64,000 bases of DNA from an uncultured delta proteobacterium (GCA_963810935.1 CAWEPK010000009.1:64001-128000), one strand, 5' to 3'; counted from the stretch's first letter, positions 29,609 to 40,126 are shown. Numbers and translations: made by a program. The notes: generated by a model not told the origin, from the sequence alone.

Positions 29609-31081
29609 ATGCGTATCAGGCTTGCGATTTTGGTAATCCTTTGCTTCGCCCTCGTCGCGTGCGGCAGCAGGAAGCAGGAAATAAAGAAGGTGGACAGCCC
29701 GGGGGCGCTCTACGTCCAGGGCATTGCCCACATGAAGAAAAAAGAGTGGGACAAGGCCATACAGGCATTCGGCAAGGTCCGGGAAAATTATCCCTTCGAT
29801 CCGATAGCTCTCGTAGCGCAGATAAAGCAGGCGGACTCCAATTTCGAAAAAAAGGCATACCCCTCGGCAGCCATAGCGTATGAGGATTTCGTCAACAGCT
29901 ACCCGGAAGACGAGAACGCAGCGTACGCCCTCAGACGCCTTGCGGAGTGCTACGAAAAGACGTCTCCGATTGCAGAGCGGGACCAGTCAAATACGTTCAA
30001 GGCAATCGAGCGATTCACCTTCCTGAAGAACCGTTATCCCGCCAGCCCTTACGCCAAAGACGCGGACGCGCACGTCAATAAGCTTACGGAGAAGCTGGCC
30101 GCAAGGGAAGTCTTCGTAGGCGAGTTCTACCACAGGTGGAAGAGATACAACGCCTCCATCATCCGCTTCGAATACTTTCTGCAAAAGTATCCGGACGCCA
30201 AAGACAGGGACAAAGCGCTCTATTACATCGCCCTCGATTACCAGGAGCTTCAGGATTCCGACAAGTCCCAGGCTTACCTCGACAGGCTGAAAAAGGAATA
30301 TCCGAAGAGCCGCTATCTCGGCGGGTCCATAAAGCGGGAGCGAAGGAGCCTCCAGGTAGCGAGCGTGAAGCCCGCTGCTGCTGTTGCAGCACCTGCTGTT
30401 GTGGGCGCGCAGCCGGCAGGCGCAGCTCCGGGGGCGCAGACTGCCATTGCCCAGCCTGCAGCGCCCATTGTGGCGTCTTACGAGGAGAAGAAGCCGAGGC
30501 AGATCGATTTGGAGCCTGTCGATCCACCAAAGAGTGGTGAAGCACAGCCCGCGCTAAAAGAAGGCGCGCAGGGCGCCCCCGACAAGGCCGCTAAAGACGC
30601 CGCCGCAACGGTTAAGAAAACGGACGACGGGAAAAGACTAGAGGCGAAGAAAACGGACGACGGGAAAACCTCTCTGGGCTTCTTCTCCGAGAAGAAACCC
30701 GTCGACGTCGTGGCGGATTCGATGGAGGGGCTCGAAAAGGGCAAGATCATACTTTTCAAGGGCAATGTAATCGCCAAACAGGTTGACCTTTATCTATTCT
30801 CGGACATGCTTACCGCCTATGTGAATGAAGAGACAAACGAGATCGACAGGGCCAAGGCCGAAGGCAACGTTAAGATAGTCAAGCTCGACAGGACAGCGAC
30901 CTGCAAAGAGGCGTTCTTTTATAACGACAAGGGAGAGATCATCCTGAAAGGGGACGTAATAGTCTTCTCGGGCAAAGACAAGGTCTCCGGCGACGTCGTA
31001 ACGTATTATATCAACGAGGACCGCGTTCACGTCATGGGCCAAAAGGACAAACGGGCCAAGGCGCTGATCAGCCCCAAATGA
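29609..31081 (+). CDS. bamD: lipoprotein fusion: BamD (TPR) + low-complexity linker + LptA/OstA beta-jellyroll domain
   Basis: Lipobox LVAC; YPFDP, ERDQS, YPASPYA, KLAAREVFVGEFY (BamD); PVDVVADSM..FKGNVIAKQ..AEGNVKI..GDVVTYYINEDRV (LptA). Confidence 0.85.
   Translation: MRIRLAILVILCFALVACGSRKQEIKKVDSPGALYVQGIAHMKKKEWDKAIQAFGKVRENYPFDPIALVAQIKQADSNFEKKAYPSAAIAYEDFVNSYPEDENAAYALRRLAECYEKTSPIAERDQSNTFKAIERFTFLKNRYPASPYAKDADAHVNKLTEKLAAREVFVGEFYHRWKRYNASIIRFEYFLQKYPDAKDRDKALYYIALDYQELQDSDKSQAYLDRLKKEYPKSRYLGGSIKRERRSLQVASVKPAAAVAAPAVVGAQPAGAAPGAQTAIAQPAAPIVASYEEKKPRQIDLEPVDPPKSGEAQPALKEGAQGAPDKAAKDAAATVKKTDDGKRLEAKKTDDGKTSLGFFSEKKPVDVVADSMEGLEKGKIILFKGNVIAKQVDLYLFSDMLTAYVNEETNEIDRAKAEGNVKIVKLDRTATCKEAFFYNDKGEIILKGDVIVFSGKDKVSGDVVTYYINEDRVHVMGQKDKRAKALISPK
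30614..30668 (+). repeat. 22-bp direct repeat (33-bp period, KKTDDGK x2) in the fusion linker
   Basis: AAGAAAACGGACGACGGGAAAA at 30614 and 30647. Confidence 0.9.
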
Positions 31082-31163
31082 GAAACAGGGCGCTTGTCGC
31101 GCCCTGCCTCGATCGTTTATCTTATTTTTCTGTCTGTCTGTTGTCCGGTGTCTAACCGGCTGC

Positions 31164-31490
31164 CTATCCGAGCACCTTCTTGATGAGATTATCGACTGTA
31201 CCCTTCGGGACGGCCCCGGTAACCCGTTCGACCGCCTCGCCTTTATTGAACAATATCAGCGTAGGTATCCCCCGGACGCCGAACTTCGACGTCGTTACGG
31301 GGTTCGAGTCAACGTTGAGTTTCATGACCTTCACGCGGCCGTCGTATTCGTCCGCCACGGTATCGAGAATCGGCCCCATCATCTGGCACGGTCCGCACCA
31401 GGTCGCCCAGAAATCGACCAGGACCGGAACGTTCGAATCTTCAACTTCATTTTTGAAATCGCCGTCGCTCAAGGGCGCTGCCTTGCTCAT
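31164..31490 (-). CDS. trxA: thioredoxin
   Basis: VDFWATWCGPC, GIPTL. Confidence 0.97.
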   Translation of the reverse strand: MSKAAPLSDGDFKNEVEDSNVPVLVDFWATWCGPCQMMGPILDTVADEYDGRVKVMKLNVDSNPVTTSKFGVRGIPTLILFNKGEAVERVTGAVPKGTVDNLIKKVLG

Positions 31491-31549
31491 ACGTCCTCCT
31501 TATCGACTTTTTGAATAAGGGAATGGCGCCGCCATTCCTTCTTTCATTT

Positions 31550-31714
31550 TCAGGTGAAGCGGCCGCGGGGCTCGCAGCATGTCGGCGCATCCACTTTCTT
31601 CGCAGCAGGCTTGACGTCCTTGCTCCCGCAGTGGACGCATTCGGGTGCCTTATCGTCCGCATTCATCTCAAAAGATTTGCCGCATTTTTTACAATCGTAC
31701 TTCTTGCCTTCCAT
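31550..31714 (-). CDS. small FmdB-like zinc-ribbon protein
   Basis: YDCKKCG..FE..CVHCGS; AAGGAGG RBS before ATG 31714. Confidence 0.7.
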   Translation of the reverse strand: MEGKKYDCKKCGKSFEMNADDKAPECVHCGSKDVKPAAKKVDAPTCCEPRGRFT

Positions 31715-31893
31715 AGGCTGGTTATCCTCCTTTGCGTGCACGTGAATCGTGTTTTGTCTAAATAGTATAATGTGCCGGAACGCCAATTACAACCCGGTGC
31801 AAGGCCGGGTGCTTGCGCCGCTGAAACGCAGACGACCACAGGAGTGATCTAAAGAACGGGGGAGACGCCCAAAAAGGCGCCCGTGCATCCTAT

Positions 31894-32082
31894 CTATAGA
31901 AGAAAGCTGGCCTTTTCCTTGCCCTTGAGAATGCCTACGTAGACGTCCTCATCCGACAGCTCATTGCTGCCCATTTCCTTTCTTACCTGACTGCTTCCGC
32001 AACTCGGGCAGAAAATGTTATTTTTGCTGAGGGGAAGAAATAAATACCCACACAGATCACAAGCGTATTCCTCAGGTATCAT
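31894..32082 (-). CDS. small zinc-ribbon protein
   Basis: YACDLCG..CPSCGS; AAGGAGG RBS upstream. Confidence 0.65.
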   Translation of the reverse strand: MIPEEYACDLCGYLFLPLSKNNIFCPSCGSSQVRKEMGSNELSDEDVYVGILKGKEKASFLL

Positions 32083-32307
32083 CAGGTACTGTCCTCCTTA
32101 TGTCGCGATACGGGACAGCAGACCACTAAGCGCCGCAAGCGCTCTTCATGAACGATAATCGCCCGGATACGGGCAAGAACCATAGTCTGTCCAGACGTGC
32201 CGCTATGTTTAACGCGTGGAACTATTGCTTTCACTTCGGGCCTGTTGAACCCCTACATAGTATGCCGCCGGGCCGCTATTGTCAAGAGCCGAAAAACCCT
32301 GTCCGGA

Positions 32308-32961
32308 TTAGAAGAATTCGGAGAGGATCATGTCGAAGTTCTTCTGTACGGCCTCACGCCCTTTCAGCATGTCGCCGTGACCGGGGATCAGGTACTCGAT
32401 GTCCAGTTTGGCGAGCTTCTTGAGGCTGGCGATAAGGAGCTCCGTGTCTCCGCCCGGCAGGTCCGTTCTGCCGACGCCTGAGGAGAAGATCGTATCGCCC
32501 GCGATAAGGGCCTTCTCCTTTTTCATATAGAGGCAAATGGAGCCCGGCGAGTGGCCGGGAGTCTCGATCACGAGGAACTCCTTCTCTCCCAGAAAGAGCG
32601 CCCCTTCTTTCAGGAGCAGCCTGAACGGCTTAGCGGGCGGGCGGGCGCCCATAGCGAGGAACAGCTCCTGCCCCTCTTTCTTCATGTAGGCGTATTCCCT
32701 GTCGCCTATCGCCCGGAGCACGCTGTCCTCGAAGAGATCGGTCGCCTCCAGGTGGTCGGGGTGGGCATGGGTGAAAAGGACAAGTTTGATGCGACCTGAG
32801 TCTATGCCGTCGCGGGCCATGGCAGAGGCAAGGTTGCCGAACAGGTGGGCGTGGCCCGGATCGATGAGAGTGGGCAGCTTACCGCCTATATATATCGAGT
32901 TTGCGTTGTTCTCCTGGTAAGACTGCCAGGGATAGAAATTGACGTCATCGAAAACCCGCAT
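32308..32961 (-). CDS. metallo-beta-lactamase fold hydrolase (glyoxalase II-like)
   Basis: THAHPDH, TPGHSPG, GDT, GRTDLPGG, PGHG. Confidence 0.92.
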   Translation of the reverse strand: MRVFDDVNFYPWQSYQENNANSIYIGGKLPTLIDPGHAHLFGNLASAMARDGIDSGRIKLVLFTHAHPDHLEATDLFEDSVLRAIGDREYAYMKKEGQELFLAMGARPPAKPFRLLLKEGALFLGEKEFLVIETPGHSPGSICLYMKKEKALIAGDTIFSSGVGRTDLPGGDTELLIASLKKLAKLDIEYLIPGHGDMLKGREAVQKNFDMILSEFF

Positions 32962-32994
32962 GTCAGCGCGCCCTCCGCATTGTTCGCCGTCTCT

Positions 32995-33687
32995 TTATGG
33001 GACCTGTATATTGAACTTTATCTCGGCTTCCGATCTTCGTCCATAGATCGGCTTCGTCTCCGGCCGGTCGCCTGCATCGAACCGGGCCAGGCCCACTGCA
33101 ATGAGCGCCTCTCCCGAGACCCTGCCGGAAGGACCATCGTCAATAATCTTGAGCCCCTCAATCCCGGTAAAGGCGCCCCTGCACGGCCTGATGCCCGTCC
33201 CGAAGCAGAGGCACGGGGTGGGGATCGACTCTTTTATCGTTTCAGGCTTTTGAGCGTGAAAACCGTCGATGCGGACCACTGCGCCCTTCTCGACGCGGTA
33301 AAGGGCGAAGAAGACCTCGCCTTTTTTGGCGTCGATGAGGGGACAAAGGTAATAGCCTTCCATAAACGCGAAGGGATGGACCAGGACGTCGGGGGTCGGC
33401 ACGCCGAAAAGCGGAACTCTGAGCCCTTGCGACAGCCCCTTGGCGAAAGCGAGGGCCCCCCTCACACCCGTGAACGAGCCGGGCCCCAGCGTAACGAGCA
33501 GCATCGAGAGGTCGGCTGCGGCAAACCCGTGGTCCGCCAGGAGTGAAAAGATCCTGCCGGGCAGCGTTTCCGAAGAATGGCGCTCCATCCTCGAATGGCG
33601 CTCCTCAACGAGCCTGCCTTCGATGCCGAGAACGACATTGATGAAATCCATCGAGTTGTCCAGGCCCAGGATAAGCCTATCGGACAT
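32995..33687 (-). CDS. tsaB: t6A biosynthesis protein TsaB
   Basis: HSETL, GPGSFTGVR, IDAKKGEVF, PIYGRRSEAE. Confidence 0.93.
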   Translation of the reverse strand: MSDRLILGLDNSMDFINVVLGIEGRLVEERHSRMERHSSETLPGRIFSLLADHGFAAADLSMLLVTLGPGSFTGVRGALAFAKGLSQGLRVPLFGVPTPDVLVHPFAFMEGYYLCPLIDAKKGEVFFALYRVEKGAVVRIDGFHAQKPETIKESIPTPCLCFGTGIRPCRGAFTGIEGLKIIDDGPSGRVSGEALIAVGLARFDAGDRPETKPIYGRRSEAEIKFNIQVP

Positions 33688-34750
33688 GAAAAAGCCTCAT
33701 GAAATCGTTGAAGAAGGCAAGCGCCATGATGCACAGGATGATGCCGAGCCCCACCTTCTGCGCGATCTCTACGACCTTGGTCGGGATCTTCCGCCTCACT
33801 ACGATCTCTATTATGGAAAAGGCTATGTGGCCGCCGTCGAGGATCGGCACAGGCAGCAAATTGAGCACACCCAGGTTGATGCTTATCAGGGCGAGGAAGG
33901 ATAAAAAGCTGCTCTTTCCAGCCTTGGCCTGTTGCCCGACCTGCTGGAAGATCAATATGGGGCCGCCGACGTTTTTCGTGGAGATGCTGCCCTTTATGAG
34001 CTTTACGATGCCTATCACCGTAAGCTCCGTCAGGCCCGCCGTATCGGTGAATGCCTTCGACACTGCCGCGACCGGCGACTCTCTCCTGGTCTCCAGCGTG
34101 GGGGCGATCCCTATCAGCTTGGTCTTTCCCACAACCTCCTGGAAGACGTTCTTTTCGTCCCGCACCCTGGGAGTGATCCATACATTCACGGTACGGCCGC
34201 CCCTGTCGATCTGGAAGTCCAGCGGGCGCGCCTGCGTGCCGCTAGTGATCGTCTTCTGGAGGTCTATCCAGTCATGGACCTCTTTCCCGTCGATCCGCTT
34301 TATGATATCGCCCTGCTTCAGCCCCGCGGTATAGGCCGGCTCGCCCGGCATAACCTGACCTACCTGCGTGCTCGTCGATGGGACCGGGTAGCCCGTCGTG
34401 AAAATGACGAAGAAGATCAATACGGCGAAAAGCACGTTGAAGAATGGGCCTGCAAAAGCGATCAGGGTCCTGACGTGCGGCGGCTTGTTGGCGAAAGACC
34501 GGGACGCCTCTCCTTCCGGCACCACGTCGTCCGTAGATTCGCCCAGCATCTTGACGTACCCGCCCAGCGGCAGGGCGGAGATAGCATACTCAGTTTCGCC
34601 TTTCTTGAAGGTAAGGAGCTTCTTGCCGAAGCCCAGGGAGAAGGTGAGCACCTTCACGCCCGCTATGCGTGCGACCAGAAAATGGCCGAACTCATGTACG
34701 AATATGAGAATGCTCAGGACTATGATGAAGTAGACCAGGTTAAGAAGCAT
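33677..34750 (-). CDS. rseP: RIP metalloprotease RseP
   Basis: HEFGH, FSLGFG, PDZ domain, NLLPVPILDGGH. Confidence 0.95.
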   Translation of the reverse strand: MLLNLVYFIIVLSILIFVHEFGHFLVARIAGVKVLTFSLGFGKKLLTFKKGETEYAISALPLGGYVKMLGESTDDVVPEGEASRSFANKPPHVRTLIAFAGPFFNVLFAVLIFFVIFTTGYPVPSTSTQVGQVMPGEPAYTAGLKQGDIIKRIDGKEVHDWIDLQKTITSGTQARPLDFQIDRGGRTVNVWITPRVRDEKNVFQEVVGKTKLIGIAPTLETRRESPVAAVSKAFTDTAGLTELTVIGIVKLIKGSISTKNVGGPILIFQQVGQQAKAGKSSFLSFLALISINLGVLNLLPVPILDGGHIAFSIIEIVVRRKIPTKVVEIAQKVGLGIILCIMALAFFNDFMRLFHVR

Positions 34751-35895
34751 CAATCCTCCTTGAGGAGCGTTTCCATATATCCCTGCGTCCACCCCTCTAT
34801 CTCCCAGATGGTATCCAGGTCGTCTATCTCCCGTACAAAGGGGTGTCGGGCGAGCGCCTCCTCAACAAGGCGCGGAATATCGGTAAAGCCTATCTTTCCG
34901 TCGAGAAAGGCGGAAGCTGCCATCTCGTTGGCTACGTTGAGCGTGATGAGTGCGCTGTCGCCGGCGGCCAGCGCCTCGTAGGCTAGCTTGAGGGCCGGGA
35001 ACCGCGCGGTGTCCGGCTCGTAAAAAGTGAGCTTGCCGCGGCTCGCCAGGTCTATCCTGCCGAACGGTATCTCTTTGCGCTGTCCGCCGTTCAGCGCATA
35101 GGCGATGGGTATCTTCATGTCGGGGTAAGCGAGATAGGCCGAAAGCGCCCCGTCGATGAAATGGACCATGCCGTGTACGACGCTCTCGGGATGGACGAGC
35201 ACGCCGATCTTCTCCGCCTCCATGCCGAAAAGCCACCGGGCCTCTATGACTTCCAGCCCTTTGTTCATCAGCGTCGCGGAGTCGATCGTCACCTTTCTGC
35301 CCATCTGCCAGGTGGGATGGCGAAGGGCGTGCTCTGCTGTAACGCCTTTCAGCTCCTCCGCCGAATGGTCCCTGAAGGGACCGCCGGAGGCGGTTATGAT
35401 CAGCCGCTCTATCTCGTTCCGATCGACGCCCTGCAACAATTGATATAGCGCCGAATGCTCGCTGTCAATGGGAAGGAGGACCGCGCCGTCGCGCTGCCTC
35501 AGGCGCTCGATCAGCCTGCCCGCCATGACCAGGCTCTCCTTGTTGGCAAGGCCGAGGGCGTGTCCGCTTTTAAGCGCCTCGATCGTCGGCTCGAGCCCTA
35601 TGCTGCCGGGCAATGCGTTGACGACCATCCACGCGTCTTCGGAAATAACGGCCTTCATGCCCTCCCGGCCGGTCAGCCTGCGGGCCGCCCCGAAATCTAC
35701 GGTGTCCGCCAGGTCTTCACGCCAGATGCATGCGACGCGCGGCCTGAAGCGCCTTATCTGCTCGCTGAACAACCGTGCGTTTTCGCGGCAGGCAAGCGCG
35801 ACAACCTCGAACTCGTCCGGCTGGTTCGCTATCACCTCGAGCGTCGACCGGCCGATGGAGCCTGTGGAGCCAAGTATGATTATCCCCTTTTTCAT
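34750..35895 (-). CDS. dxr: 1-deoxy-D-xylulose-5-phosphate reductoisomerase
   Basis: LGSTGSIG, LANKESLV, PIDSEHSA, HPTWQMG, NKGLEVIEA. Confidence 0.97.
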   Translation of the reverse strand: MKKGIIILGSTGSIGRSTLEVIANQPDEFEVVALACRENARLFSEQIRRFRPRVACIWREDLADTVDFGAARRLTGREGMKAVISEDAWMVVNALPGSIGLEPTIEALKSGHALGLANKESLVMAGRLIERLRQRDGAVLLPIDSEHSALYQLLQGVDRNEIERLIITASGGPFRDHSAEELKGVTAEHALRHPTWQMGRKVTIDSATLMNKGLEVIEARWLFGMEAEKIGVLVHPESVVHGMVHFIDGALSAYLAYPDMKIPIAYALNGGQRKEIPFGRIDLASRGKLTFYEPDTARFPALKLAYEALAAGDSALITLNVANEMAASAFLDGKIGFTDIPRLVEEALARHPFVREIDDLDTIWEIEGWTQGYMETLLKED

Positions 35896-36686
35896 CCCCC
35901 AAACCCCGCGAGATAGTAATAAAGGAAAGGCGCCGTCAGGATGAAGCTGTCGATCCTGTCGAGGAGGCCCCCGTGACCCGGAATAAGACCCGACGAATCC
36001 TTAACCTCGTACACCCTTTTCGCAACCGATTCGAGTACGTCGCCCAGTTGCCCGAGAAGACCGATGAGGCACCCCACGCCGACCGAAGCCGGCGGAGCCA
36101 TGCCCTCCATTTTCCTGAACAGGAGCGTAACGACAGCCGCTCCCGCAAGCGCGCCGAGCAGTCCCTCGTATGTTTTCTTGGGACTGATAAGCGGGGCCAG
36201 CTTATGCCTGCCCATGCTTTTGCCGACAAGATAGGCCGCGGTATCGCTCGCCCATATCGCCAGCACCAGTGCAAGCGGGGCAAGGGGGGCGATCTCTTTC
36301 AGCCTGCACAGAAAGAAAAGCGGCAGCGCAAGGAAGACCTCGGCAGCCACAAGGACCGCGACCGCCCTCCCGATCTCTCTGTTCAGTGAAGCGTCCCCAC
36401 GTCCGGGACACGCCATCCTGAAGGCGAGATAGGCAGCAGGCGACAGAAGAAGCCACAAAGGGTAGAACGCCGGACCGATATACAGGGGCGCCAGGGTCAG
36501 GACAGCCAGGACCGTGAGCGTTTTTCGATTGGCCGCCTGCGCCATCGACATGAACTCGTATACGGCCGCCGCAAGCACGCACCCCATGAATATGAACAAC
36601 AGTTTTGCCGGCAAAAAAATGAGAATGAGGACGATTATGGGGCCTATGATCAGCGCGGAAAGAAGTCTCTTGCCGAAATCACCCAC
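35892..36686 (-). CDS. cdsA: phosphatidate cytidylyltransferase
   Basis: SDTAAY, ISPKKTYEG, GDVLES, KDSSGLIPGHGGLLDRIDS. Confidence 0.95.
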   Translation of the reverse strand: MGDFGKRLLSALIIGPIIVLILIFLPAKLLFIFMGCVLAAAVYEFMSMAQAANRKTLTVLAVLTLAPLYIGPAFYPLWLLLSPAAYLAFRMACPGRGDASLNREIGRAVAVLVAAEVFLALPLFFLCRLKEIAPLAPLALVLAIWASDTAAYLVGKSMGRHKLAPLISPKKTYEGLLGALAGAAVVTLLFRKMEGMAPPASVGVGCLIGLLGQLGDVLESVAKRVYEVKDSSGLIPGHGGLLDRIDSFILTAPFLYYYLAGFGG

Positions 36687-37405
36687 TTAAACCGCCTTCA
36701 GGGTGCCGAATCTTCTCTTTCTTCCCATGAAGTTCTTCAGCGCCTCCAGATAGGCCGCCTTCCTGAAGTCGGGCCAAAGCGTCTCCGTCACGTATATCTC
36801 GGTATAGGCCATCTGCCACAGCAGAAAGTTGGAGAGCCTCATCTCCCCGCTCGTCCTTATCAAAAGGTCGGGGTCCGGCATACCTGCCGTGTAGAGGTGC
36901 TTGCTGAAAAGCTCCTCGTCGATGCTCGTCTTTCCGTCCTTCGCCGCGGCATCGCATGTCAGCCGGGCGGCCCGGAGTATCTCCTCCCTGCCGCTGTACG
37001 ATAATGCGATGCTGAGCAGAAGGGAGCGGTTGCTCTTCGTCTTCTCCATGACACTGCTCAGTTGTTCCTGCAGCTCGGCGGGAAGGTCGCTTGTCGCCCC
37101 TATCGTGTTGAACCTCACGTCTTTATCGAGCATGAGGGACAGGCTCTCTTTCGAGGTAGAGGGCGAGCAACTGAAGGAGCGCCGTCACCTCGTTCCTGGG
37201 ACGCGACCAGTTTTCCTTGGAAAAGGCGTAGAGCGTCAGGTAAGGGATATCGAGCCTCTCGCGTAGTCGTCACTACCTCCCTTACCGATTCTATGCCTGC
37301 GATATGACCTTCAACCCTGGGAAGCGCCCGGCTCCTGGCCCATCTTCCGTTGCCGTCCATGATAATGGCGACGTGTCGCGGGAGCTTCCTCTTGTTTACC
37401 TCCAT
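36687..37405 (-). CDS. uppS: undecaprenyl diphosphate synthase; two +1 frameshifts (about 37255 and 37142)
   Basis: [13 protein letters not shown]; middle frame [31 protein letters not shown]. Confidence 0.92.
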
Positions 37406-37409
37406 AACG

Positions 37410-37967
37410 TCAGATCTCCAGGATCTCTTTTTCCTTATCGGAATAAATGGCGTCGGCCGAGCTTATGTACTTGTCGGTCGTCTTCTGGACGTCCTCCTGG
37501 AGCTTGAACACTTCGTCCTTCGAAAGCGCCTTGTCTTTCTCCATTTTTTTCAGCTTCTCGTTCGTCTCTCTTCTGACGTTCCGCATGGCCACTTTCGCAG
37601 TCTCCAGCATTTTGCCGCCGAGCTTCACGAGGTCTTTCCTGCGCTCCTCGGTAAGCCTGGGGAAGACGAGGCGAATGACCTTGCCGTCGGACATCGGGTT
37701 TACGCCGAGGTCCGACTTCATGATGGCTTTCTCCAGCTCCGCTATCGCGGAGGTGTCCCACGGCTGGATGGTGATGGTCCTCGAATCGGGCGCGGCGATG
37801 GCCGCCATCTGGTTGAGCGGCGTGGGCTGGCCGTAATAGGCCACCCTTATGTCTTCAAGGAGCGAGATCGAAGCAACGCCCGTTCTGAGCTTCGACAGGT
37901 CCTTTTTCAGAGTGCTTATCGTTTTCTTGAGCTTATCCTCAAATTCGGCCGGCAGCTCGCTTGCCAT
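37410..37967 (-). CDS. frr: ribosome recycling factor
   Basis: [36 protein letters not shown]. Confidence 0.97.
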   Translation of the reverse strand: MASELPAEFEDKLKKTISTLKKDLSKLRTGVASISLLEDIRVAYYGQPTPLNQMAAIAAPDSRTITIQPWDTSAIAELEKAIMKSDLGVNPMSDGKVIRLVFPRLTEERRKDLVKLGGKMLETAKVAMRNVRRETNEKLKKMEKDKALSKDEVFKLQEDVQKTTDKYISSADAIYSDKEKEILEI

Positions 37968-37969
37968 AT

Positions 37970-38680
37970 TCACCCCCTGACGATAGTGCCCGTCCGTTCT
38001 CCCCGGACAACGCGCTTCAGGTTCCCCTTCTGCCTGAGATTAAAAACGATGATGGGCAGGTTGTTCTCCATACAAAGCGATATGGCCGTCGCGTCCATAA
38101 CCGCAAGTTTCCGCCTGAGCGCCTCGGTATACGTGACCTCCGGCAAAAAAACGGCGTCGCTGTTCTTCTCCGGGTCTTTGTCGTAGACGCCGTCCACCTT
38201 CGTCGCCTTCAGCATGATCTCTGCGTCCACCTCGACGGCCCTCAGGGCCGCGGCCGTGTCGGTCGTGAAAAACGGGTTCCCCGTCCCGCCTGCGAATATC
38301 ACCACCCTGCCTTCTTCGAGGTATCGTATAGCCTTGTTTCTGTCGAAGGGTTCTGCGACGTTTCCGACGGGAAGGGCCGTCTGCAGGCTCACCGGCAGGC
38401 CGAGTTGCCCCAGCCGGGATTTTAAGGCCAGGCAATTCAGCACTGTGGCGAGCATACCCATGTAGTCGCCCGTCACCCTGTCGATCCCCTGTTTTTCCGC
38501 GCGCATGCCCCTGAAAATGTTCCCGCCGCCGATGACGACCGCCAACTCGACGCCCGCCTCCCTGACGTCCTTGATCTCGGAAGCGATCTCGCCGATGGTT
38601 TGCGGGTCTATGCCGTAACCCGCCGTCCCCATCAACGCCTCGCCGCTCAGCTTCAGGAGGATGCGCTTATAAGGGGCCAT
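37970..38680 (-). CDS. pyrH: UMP kinase
   Basis: LLKLSGEAL, GGGNIFRG, DYMGML, FFTTDTAAALR. Confidence 0.97.
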   Translation of the reverse strand: MAPYKRILLKLSGEALMGTAGYGIDPQTIGEIASEIKDVREAGVELAVVIGGGNIFRGMRAEKQGIDRVTGDYMGMLATVLNCLALKSRLGQLGLPVSLQTALPVGNVAEPFDRNKAIRYLEEGRVVIFAGGTGNPFFTTDTAAALRAVEVDAEIMLKATKVDGVYDKDPEKNSDAVFLPEVTYTEALRRKLAVMDATAISLCMENNLPIIVFNLRQKGNLKRVVRGERTGTIVRG

Positions 38681-38685
38681 TTCCG

Positions 38686-39288
38686 CTATTCGACCGTCTC
38701 ACCCAACTGGTACCTTATAAACCGCCGCACGAGTATATGTTCGCCCATCTTCGCGATGAGGTCGTCGAGCAGCTTCTTGATCGTGACGTCCGGGTCCTTT
38801 ATGAACTGCTGGTCCATGAGGCAGGATTCCTGATAGTACTTCTCCAGTTTGCCTTCCGCGATCTTGTCGAGGATCTTGTCGGGCTTGCCGGCCTCTTTCG
38901 CCTGCTTCCTGTAAATCTCCATTTCCTTGGCGCGGACGTCTTCGGGGACGTCTTCCCTTCTGACGTAGGTGGGGTTAGCGGCCGTCACCTGCATGGCCAC
39001 GTCCTTCGCGAACGCCTGGAACTGGTCCGTCTTGGCGACGAAATCGGTCTCGCAGTTTACCTCCACCATCGTGGCGATCTTGCCGCCCATGTGGATGTAG
39101 ACCGCTATAGTCCCTTCGGTAGCGGCCCTGGTTGCCCTTTTCTGGGCCTTCGCAAGGCCTTTCTCGCGGAGATAATCGACCGCCTTGTTCATGTCCCCGC
39201 CGGAGACTTTGAGCGCCTCCTTGCAATCCATCAGACCGACGCCGGTCTTTTCTCTCAGTGTCTTTACCTGTTCCGCAGTTATATCCAT
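38686..39288 (-). CDS. tsf: elongation factor Ts (short form)
   Basis: LREKTGVGLMDCK, EVNCETDFVA. Confidence 0.97.
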   Translation of the reverse strand: MDITAEQVKTLREKTGVGLMDCKEALKVSGGDMNKAVDYLREKGLAKAQKRATRAATEGTIAVYIHMGGKIATMVEVNCETDFVAKTDQFQAFAKDVAMQVTAANPTYVRREDVPEDVRAKEMEIYRKQAKEAGKPDKILDKIAEGKLEKYYQESCLMDQQFIKDPDVTIKKLLDDLIAKMGEHILVRRFIRYQLGETVE

Positions 39289-39300
39289 CGGTAGCCTCCC

Positions 39301-40092
39301 TTACTCGCCTTCCACGACGCCGGCGTCGTATTTTTCTTCAAGCACGCTCTCGTCGATGAAAGGCTTGGGCCCTTCTTTTTCGTCTTCCTTACCCTGGAAT
39401 TCCTCTACATAAAGCGCCCTGCCTTCGAGCACCGCGTCGGCGATCTTCGACGTGATCAGCTTGATAGCCCGTATCGCGTCGTCGTTCCCCGGGATGATGT
39501 AATCGATGTCGTCCGGGTCGCAGTTCGTGTCTACGATGCCTACCGTCGGTATGCCGAGCTTCTTTGCCTCGTTGACCGCGATATATTCTTTCTTCGGGTC
39601 CACTATGTAGATAGCGCCGGGCAGCCTGTCCATGTTTTTTATGCCGCCGAGGTGCCTTTCGAGCTTCACTATCTCGCGGTCTATGCTCAGGGCCTCCTTC
39701 TTCGGAAGGACCTTGAAGATATCGCTGTTCTTCAGCTCCTCGTACTTCCGCAGCCTGTCGATGCTCTTGTCGATGGTCTGGTAGTTAGTCAGCGTGCCGC
39801 CGAGCCACCTGACGTTCACGTGGAAGGCCGAACAACGCCGGGCCTCCTCGACGATGGCCTCCTGCGCCTGCTTTTTTGTCCCGACAAAAAGAACGTATTC
39901 GTTCCGGGAAGCGACCTCTTTGACGAAGTTGTAAGCCTCCTTGAACATCTTGAGCGTCTTTTGCAGGTCGATGATGTAGATGCCGTTCCTTGCCCCGAAG
40001 ATGTAAGGCTTCATCTTGGGGTTCCAGCGTTTTGTCTGGTGTCCGAAATGGACACCGGCTTCGAGCAATTGTTTAATGGTTAAATTCGACAT
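39301..40092 (-). CDS. rpsB: 30S ribosomal protein S2
   Basis: [41 protein letters not shown] before ATG 40092. Confidence 0.98.
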   Translation of the reverse strand: MSNLTIKQLLEAGVHFGHQTKRWNPKMKPYIFGARNGIYIIDLQKTLKMFKEAYNFVKEVASRNEYVLFVGTKKQAQEAIVEEARRCSAFHVNVRWLGGTLTNYQTIDKSIDRLRKYEELKNSDIFKVLPKKEALSIDREIVKLERHLGGIKNMDRLPGAIYIVDPKKEYIAVNEAKKLGIPTVGIVDTNCDPDDIDYIIPGNDDAIRAIKLITSKIADAVLEGRALYVEEFQGKEDEKEGPKPFIDESVLEEKYDAGVVEGE

Positions 40093-40126
40093 CGGACCTC
40101 CTGGTTTTATCTTCCGCCTTTCGCGC

